Below, in pieces: positions 62,000 through 64,000 of a stretch of DNA of 64,000 nucleotides. How positions within the stretch are numbered: the first letter of the stretch is position 1; every line of letters starts with the position of its first letter. The notes under the pieces are model-generated. The model worked only from the letters and a program-made list of their open reading frames with translations, did no database searches and was not told the DNA's origin. The DNA is taken from the IMG/VR virus record IMGVR_UViG_3300045977_000235, positions 1-64,000 of that record. The stretch is one strand, 5' to 3'. The position numbers were made by a program, and so were the translations under genes. Origin of the DNA: a virus.

Positions 62000-62046
62000 C
62001 CCCTCTATTAATTATATCCCATTGTATCTATTGTTGCAACATTATT

Positions 62047-62499
62047 TTAAATATTCTCTATTTTCAATTCAAGGAAATCTTGAAAATATCTTGTATTCTT
62101 TTTTGTTTGTTGATTGTATATCATATTACGATCTCTAAATTGTACACCTGTAAGAACATTACCTTCCCAATTTAATAATTGAGACATCCATATATAAGCT
62201 ACTTTTTGTAAATCAAATACAAAAAAAGCCATAATATCAACAGTAGAAAATCGTAGTGTTTTATTATTCTTACGACCATTTACTAAACCAAAACTATATA
62301 CATCTTTCCTTGTTCCATATGTCACCATACGTAACGTACTTTTAACTTGAACTTTATAAATTTTAGATTGATGATCAATTAAAATATCATAAGGTAATCC
62401 TTGATCAGATAAAAATGCATTGTAACCTTTATAAATTAAATCATAACAAACAAAATGTTCTGCTGCTTTTCCTAATTGAAGTTCTGTAGAAAGTGCCAA
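62047..62499 (-). CDS. PD-(D/E)XK endonuclease
   Basis: GKAAE..V..DL...GY, YDILID, KVQVKS. TTG start with GGAGGT RBS. Confidence 0.78.
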   Translation of the reverse strand: MALSTELQLGKAAEHFVCYDLIYKGYNAFLSDQGLPYDILIDHQSKIYKVQVKSTLRMVTYGTRKDVYSFGLVNGRKNNKTLRFSTVDIMAFFVFDLQKVAYIWMSQLLNWEGNVLTGVQFRDRNMIYNQQTKKNTRYFQDFLELKIENI

Positions 62500-62508
62500 T
62501 AGACCTCC

Positions 62509-63222
62509 TTATATGTTTTCTATATGATAATATACTTCATGGCTTGGTTTATGAGTATGGTTAGAATAACTTTTGCTTATAGTAGTTAAATTATTAAACG
62601 GTAGCCATGTAGCACCAGACTTTTCACACACTATAATTTGTCCCTTTCTTCTACTAATCCATAATGCAAGGTGTTCATAATCTATTTTACTATATCTATA
62701 TTCTGTGCTTATGTTATGTTGATACGGTGGATCTATCATATATGTAGCATACTCTGATGGTATAGGCATACTTTCATATGACCAATTACTTATCTTCCAA
62801 TGGCGTATGTACTGTAACTGTGATGCTATTCTGTGTCGTGTTCGTTCATCCCAAAAGTAACCATTCATATGTTCTCTTGCCCATCGTGATAGTGTCTTGC
62901 GTGGTCTACCAGTACCTTTAGTGAGCCAGAATCGTATCAATAGTTGTGCTTCATGGGAGAGATAGGATACTTCATCTATATGTACCTTCACATCAGGTAG
63001 TGAAAGTATCTCTTGTTCTGATACATGGATCAAATAGTCCCATAGTGTAGCTACATTTTCATCTCTATCATTAAGGATTATTTGTTTGTGTGGATACCGT
63101 AAACTGTATCCTGCGCTGCCACTAAACGGCTCTACAATTATGTCATATTTGGGAGTCGGGTAGTACCTTGCTAATCTGTACTTACTGCCAAAAAAAGAGA
63201 AGAATGCTCGTAGTGTATGCAT
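62509..63222 (-). CDS. Dam-like (alpha class) DNA adenine methyltransferase
   Basis: FSFFGSK, VEPFSGSAGYS, ILND, IDPPY. Start coupled to the upstream stop (TAATG). Confidence 0.85.
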   Translation of the reverse strand: MHTLRAFFSFFGSKYRLARYYPTPKYDIIVEPFSGSAGYSLRYPHKQIILNDRDENVATLWDYLIHVSEQEILSLPDVKVHIDEVSYLSHEAQLLIRFWLTKGTGRPRKTLSRWAREHMNGYFWDERTRHRIASQLQYIRHWKISNWSYESMPIPSEYATYMIDPPYQHNISTEYRYSKIDYEHLALWISRRKGQIIVCEKSGATWLPFNNLTTISKSYSNHTHKPSHEVYYHIENI

Positions 63223-63677
63223 TAGTCTGTCCATTCTTGTATTTTTTGTTGTATTTCTTTGCGCCCGAAAGGTGATTGACAACGTTGTAAATATTCTTGA
63301 TACGTATTAAAACCTAATGCTTCTGCTAATTCTTGCATCACAACGTATGCTTCATTAACATCTCTTGGCATATAATAGAAGTTCTTTTCTATATCACCCT
63401 CATTTCTCAACCTGAGAATATGCATAGTAGGTCACAATACACCTTTTGTTGTTGCCCATATAGAAGGATCTAATGTATAGCGATGATGTTTAATATAATG
63501 TTTTTCTTCATAAGACAACATAACTAATCTCCTAGTGATTAAATTATTTAATCCAGCTTGTCTTTATGATTTTCTTTATACGATGCTGCAAAATTTGCCC
63601 CGACAAATAGCCCTATCAAAAACCCGACAAACAACACAGCAAAAAACATAAACCATACACCTACCATGCTATCCATA

Positions 63678-63995
63678 TTATTCCTTTCGTTGAAACAACC
63701 ATTGATATAAACCGAATATTCCTAAACCAGTACCTAGTAGCAGCATTGTTCCTGGTTCTGGTACTGGTGAGATAGGAGGAACATCATCTGGTTTTTCTTT
63801 CTTATCTTTTTTCTCTTTCTTATCATCACTGATATTGTCAAGTGGTTTAGCTATTGCATAGCTTGGTCCAAATTGTACTTTATTCAATCGTAACATACCA
63901 CCTATACCACCTGCTAATGGTTTTGCAGCAGCAGGTGATTCAGGAATATCACGTATAGATGTATTAGAAAACAGTAGAAAAAGTATTCCGGCCAT
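63678..63995 (-). CDS. PEP-CTERM sorting-signal protein (possibly 5'-truncated)
   Basis: C-terminal VPEPGTMLLLGTGLGIFGLYQWLFQRKE (PEP motif, TM segment, basic tail). Confidence 0.85.
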   Translation of the reverse strand: MAGILFLLFSNTSIRDIPESPAAAKPLAGGIGGMLRLNKVQFGPSYAIAKPLDNISDDKKEKKDKKEKPDDVPPISPVPEPGTMLLLGTGLGIFGLYQWLFQRKE

Positions 63996-64000
63996 AGTCA

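Larger units (their letters stand above)
3704..63552. repeat. Dispersed palindrome TTAAATWATTTAA (mostly ATTAAATWATTTAAT), 42 copies seen
   Basis: 15-mer starts: 3704, 5136, 5182, 9091, 9933, 11808, 15052, 19533, 20277, 20835, 22203, 25261, 25672, 27723, 28359, 30000, 32584, 32676, 34274, 35500, 37842, 39257, 40040, 41139, 42095, 43213, 45860, 47684, 49964, 52288, 54133, 55154, 55834, 55990, 56054, 57101, 59048, 59748, 60514, 61477, 61795, 63538. Confidence 0.97.

Noticed and set aside
3704-63552. Palindrome interpreted as a CRISPR repeat, intrinsic terminator or REP/MITE
   Set aside because: It is dispersed with no spacer periodicity, has an all-AT stem without a consistent U-tract, occurs in frame inside essential genes, and shows no flanking duplications.
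1-64000. Stop-codon reassignment
   Set aside because: Core genes are full length in the standard code, and TAA, TAG and TGA all end genes at sensible junctions.

Overview
The window is part of an AT-rich tailed dsDNA phage genome (siphovirus-type, HK97-fold head). No host DNA, integrase or CRISPR array is evident. Layout: (1) 1-32432 (-), a morphogenesis module running from terminase, portal, protease, capsid, neck, tail tube, frameshifting chaperones and tape measure to the tail tip and a >1700-aa fibre that runs off the left edge. (2) 32552-42067 (+), accessory and nucleotide-metabolism genes plus tRNA-Asn, behind a perfect sigma70 promoter. (3) About 42190-56322, a compositionally distinct island with mirror-arranged non-coding flanks, encoding small (-) strand genes, a SNF2 ATPase, an orphan ParB-like protein with an AT-hook, and a ~0.9-kb hairpin-dense non-coding stretch. 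(4) 56485-64000 (-), an RNA ligase, two DNA methyltransferases, small winged-helix-like paralogues and a PEP-CTERM protein. The strongest unexplained signal is a 13-15 bp all-AT palindrome, (A)TTAAATWATTTAA(T). I found it by eye 42 times across the window, including inside unrelated genes. It is a candidate genome-wide binding lattice, possibly for the ParB-like protein. A second candidate novelty is six paralogous ~215-aa tail proteins that may dock on the Y-x-[DE]-x-W repeat tail of a duplicated tail-tube protein. All functional calls come from motif recognition and synteny; no searches were run.
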